The translations under genes and the position numbers were made by a program. The notes beneath the pieces were generated by a model that saw nothing but the letters and a program-made list of their open reading frames with translations, was not told the origin of the DNA and searched no databases. 39,472 nucleotides of DNA, from the IMG/VR virus record IMGVR_UViG_2695420732_000023; one strand, 5' to 3'. Each line of letters starts with the position of its first letter. Position 1 is the stretch's first letter. Positions 36,690 through 39,472 of this stretch are shown here, in pieces. Source of the DNA: a virus (Duplodnaviria > Heunggongvirae > Uroviricota > Caudoviricetes).

Positions 36690-38579
36690 TTAATCGTGTT
36701 TTGGCCATACTTTCAATGCAATTTCCCCCAACATTTTACCCCGCTCCAGGATTTCATCCTCATCCCATTTATCCTTAACTATAAGTGGAATGTTCAGTCG
36801 TAGATTGGTGTGGACGATGAGAGCATCACGTTTTTTCAGAAATACAGCATTCTGAACAGAACGGTTTACGCTAAGGTTAAGCAAAGTTAGATTTCCCAAC
36901 GTAGCTATCGCTTGTTGCCGTTTCCTTACCAGTAGCTGTTCTGGGGTAAGATCGGTTCCAGACAGAACAATTTGGTTCAATACCGTAGCATCTGAATTTG
37001 TCACCATATGACCATTTTCGAGAGGCCAACAGGAATACCAACTTTGAGGCATAAGATGATCGATATCGAGGTTAGAAAGATTTGGAACATCAGGCTTCTC
37101 TGTCTTCACTTGGCGACAAAGTTCTCTTTCAAGTTCCGTTAACATTGAGCGCATTTTCGGTGCGTCGAGCCTGCCAGGATAAAGTGGAGCATTGATGCAA
37201 GCGTTGAGAAATTCTGAGTCCCCAGGCCAACGTGAGGCTTCGCCATTTAAGCTATTGAGGATATTACGTAACTCAACACTGGAAATTTCTGTTTTAGACA
37301 AGTGCCGCAATACATTCATAAATACATTGTTGTAATTCTTTGGCGTCAGGCCACATACGGCTCTTCGTACTACGTAGGAGACAAGATCATTATACATGGC
37401 TGCTTTCTCATCATCGGCGATGTTAGCTATCGAAATGAACAAAGCAAGCGGATAAAGTGTCGTCACATCATAGGCTGCGATGCGATGTCCAAAGTGTGAG
37501 ATGGGGGTTGTGCCAAAACCACCAACCAATTCTTTATATTGTGATGCATATTGTTTGAGGCGCTTTACTTGCAGATCTGCTCGTTGTGAAGGCAAGTCCT
37601 TACTTACATAATCACGATACTCATTGTAAAGACGAGACAGATCGATTTCACGTTGCCTTTCTGATTGCAATGTTGCATGCACTAGCCACTCCATGCGTGG
37701 TTTATTAATACGACCACGACGTTGTCTTTCTGACCAGTACGTATCTTCAAAGATCTTCCACTCATTCTCATATAATTCAACAGCATTAATATTTTCATGT
37801 TCAGCGCACATAAAAATATAATTGCGAATAAGATCTGTGGCATGAAGTTCCGCACCTCTGCCATTTAATGTTTCAAAAATTATTTGAGCGTCATCTTCAG
37901 CCTCGAGAAATATGCTTACTAGTTTCAGATCCGTCAAGACAGCCTCAATTAATGCTACAGCATTTTCTCGTGGTGAGTGATTTTCTATTTTAATCCACTT
38001 TATAAAGGCTTCAGTAAAAAAACATAATGCTTCTAGTGATGGCGGGTGATTAAAATGCTTACGCAACGTACCATGCTGCGTGAAACTATCAGAGAATACA
38101 TTCCGGATATCGTCAATATTTTCAACATTAAAACTTTGAATAAAATGAGTTTGATCCCGAAAAGTTGGCCACAGTTTGAAGCGCTCTACTTCTTTATTTC
38201 GCATTGTGTCTTCGTTTGAGTTTTTCAGGCAAGACGAAATGAGAGGCTCTAAGTAGGAAAGATCTGTTGCACGTAATGCTAATCGGATGGATGCCAGAAC
38301 ATATTGAAGAGTGGTCAATCGTTGCTGACCATCAATAATATGTATGGAATCTACACCGAATAATCCTTTTTTTGGTTGAGGTTCCAGTACAACTGCACCA
38401 AGGAAATGGGGAGTTGGTTTTGTACCCGAGAGCCGGGATTGTGCTTTCTCTAGGATATCCTCCAGTAGAGCTGACCATTGGTTTCGCTGAGTCCATACAT
38501 AGGCACGTTGATAGAATGGAACACAGTATTGTCGGCGGTCTTGAAAAAGTTGTTGGACAGTTAGCGTCTCGGATTTCAT
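36690..38579 (-). CDS. fused DUF262/DUF1524 protein (GmrSD-like putative type IV modification-dependent restriction endonuclease)
   Basis: N-terminal FYQRAYVWTQRNQW and DGQQRLTTL (DUF262/ParB-like NTPase motifs), C-terminal DIDHLMPQS (DUF1524 His-Me finger-like); AT-rich; start set at ATG 38579 (MKSETLTV), alternative ATG at 38639. Confidence 0.75.
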   Translation of the reverse strand: MKSETLTVQQLFQDRRQYCVPFYQRAYVWTQRNQWSALLEDILEKAQSRLSGTKPTPHFLGAVVLEPQPKKGLFGVDSIHIIDGQQRLTTLQYVLASIRLALRATDLSYLEPLISSCLKNSNEDTMRNKEVERFKLWPTFRDQTHFIQSFNVENIDDIRNVFSDSFTQHGTLRKHFNHPPSLEALCFFTEAFIKWIKIENHSPRENAVALIEAVLTDLKLVSIFLEAEDDAQIIFETLNGRGAELHATDLIRNYIFMCAEHENINAVELYENEWKIFEDTYWSERQRRGRINKPRMEWLVHATLQSERQREIDLSRLYNEYRDYVSKDLPSQRADLQVKRLKQYASQYKELVGGFGTTPISHFGHRIAAYDVTTLYPLALFISIANIADDEKAAMYNDLVSYVVRRAVCGLTPKNYNNVFMNVLRHLSKTEISSVELRNILNSLNGEASRWPGDSEFLNACINAPLYPGRLDAPKMRSMLTELERELCRQVKTEKPDVPNLSNLDIDHLMPQSWYSCWPLENGHMVTNSDATVLNQIVLSGTDLTPEQLLVRKRQQAIATLGNLTLLNLSVNRSVQNAVFLKKRDALIVHTNLRLNIPLIVKDKWDEDEILERGKMLGEIALKVWPKHD

Positions 38580-39046
38580 GGTATACCTGTAAGCGACATT
38601 GTACAAAAGTGAGGAGTTAATCTGATTTAGAACAATCATTTTATGTTGCTATGATACAACGTATTTGTTACCGGTTAAGTAAAAAACGCGTCTGAACGCT
38701 GACGTTTTAGGGCTTTACTAGTTATTCTTTCTTATCTCTTCATCATCCCATCGGCATCCTGTCGAGGTTGTTGACTTGTTGTTATTTATTTTGTTTAGGC
38801 GCTGTTTAATTATTATTGATGGGACTGGTGGTGAGAGGTGATTGAAACCGCAGACAGGTCGTATGCAAGACGTGCTGCGGTTGGCTGATGCACTTTTGAT
38901 AGTGCAAGTATTGAATGATTGCCAGTCACAGCGGATTGTACTTAGGTAATATGACGGTTCAAGGCGTTTAAACTGAAACCATCCACATATCAGTCTCTTC
39001 AAACATTTCCTAAATCGTTCGGCTTATCTGTTCTTTCTCACGTTTG

Positions 39047-39472
39047 CTGACGTCAGTGCTGATTGCCGGCAGTGTCATCATCGGTTTTACACGATACCCT
39101 TTGCGTTGAACGAGTCGTACTACTGTAACAACGCGTCGGTGAAGCTGCTCATCCCGACACAGGACAGTCGGGATATCATTGCAGTAGCAACGGGGAGTCT
39201 GGATGCAATATGGAAAGACGGACACCGATATCAGAAAGCCGGGGTAATGCTGGGGGACTTCTTCAGTCAGAGCATGCCCTAACCTATTCGACGATAACGC
39301 GCTGGGTCCTGGGAGCGAAAAGTTAATGAGCGTGCTGGAGCACCTCAACGCAAAAGACGGGAAGGAAACACTCTGTTTCGCTGGGCAGGGCATTCAGCAG
39401 CAGTGGCAGATGAAACGCGAGATATTTTCGCACCGGTATACAACTAGATTTTCTGGCATTTTAGGTGGTTAG
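39047..39472 (+). pseudogene. 3' remnant of a umuC-like (Y-family polymerase) gene with frame disruptions
   Basis: translated pieces in two frames (…SRDIIAVATGSLDAIWKDGHRYQKAGVMLGDFFSQ / LFDDNALGPGSEKLMSVLEHLNAKDGKETLCFAGQGIQQQWQMKREIFSHRYTTR) resemble the UmuC C-terminus by recall; no N-terminal part present. Confidence 0.45.

Larger units (their letters stand above)
1445..38660. mobile_element. mosaic tailed prophage integrated at thrW (lambdoid regulation, HK97-like head, Mu-like contractile tail); right boundary uncertain
   Basis: integrase abutting tRNA 3' end, cI/cro switch, lysis cassette, terminase-portal-capsid-tail gene order; attR repeat not found in window. Confidence 0.85.

Noticed and set aside
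38641-39046. attR copy of the tRNA 3' end, or an IS/transposase at the right boundary
   Set aside because: No match to the thrW 3' segment and no transposase-like ORF or terminal inverted repeats seen by eye; boundary left undetermined.
39010-39393. 127-aa minus-strand ORF as a real gene
   Set aside because: It lies antisense to the better-supported umuC-like remnant and has no recognisable motifs.

Overview
This window reads as an enterobacterial (E. coli/Shigella-type) chromosome: the complete proA gene and the thrW tRNA-Thr(CGU) gene, followed immediately by a large mosaic prophage integrated at the tRNA. The prophage runs integrase/excisionase, a leftward early region (HD-domain and DUF2303 genes), a lambdoid immunity switch (cI, cro, CII-like) with recognisable operator arrays, a replication gene carrying internal iterons, a nin-like region (PerC-like, Dam methyltransferase, RusA, KilA-N, DUF968), a Q antiterminator, a lambda-type lysis cassette (holin, R endolysin, Rz/Rz1, bor), an HK97-type head module (HNH, TerS, TerL, portal, protease, capsid) and a Mu-type contractile tail module (sheath, tube, frameshifted chaperone, tape measure, baseplate, fibre). 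The most interesting features are two AT-rich accessory genes at classic moron positions. One is a TIR-like domain protein inserted convergently between Q and the lysis cassette. The other is a fused DUF262/DUF1524 (GmrSD-like, putative type IV restriction) gene at the right end, next to a Pin-family invertase truncated to 42 codons. The invertible tail-fibre segment still has both hix/gix-like crossover sites. No attR copy of the tRNA 3' end was seen, and the last ~430 bp look like a frame-disrupted umuC 3' remnant, so the right boundary appears eroded. All calls come from reading the sequence and ORF track against remembered protein families; no database search or computation was run, and GC statements are by eye.
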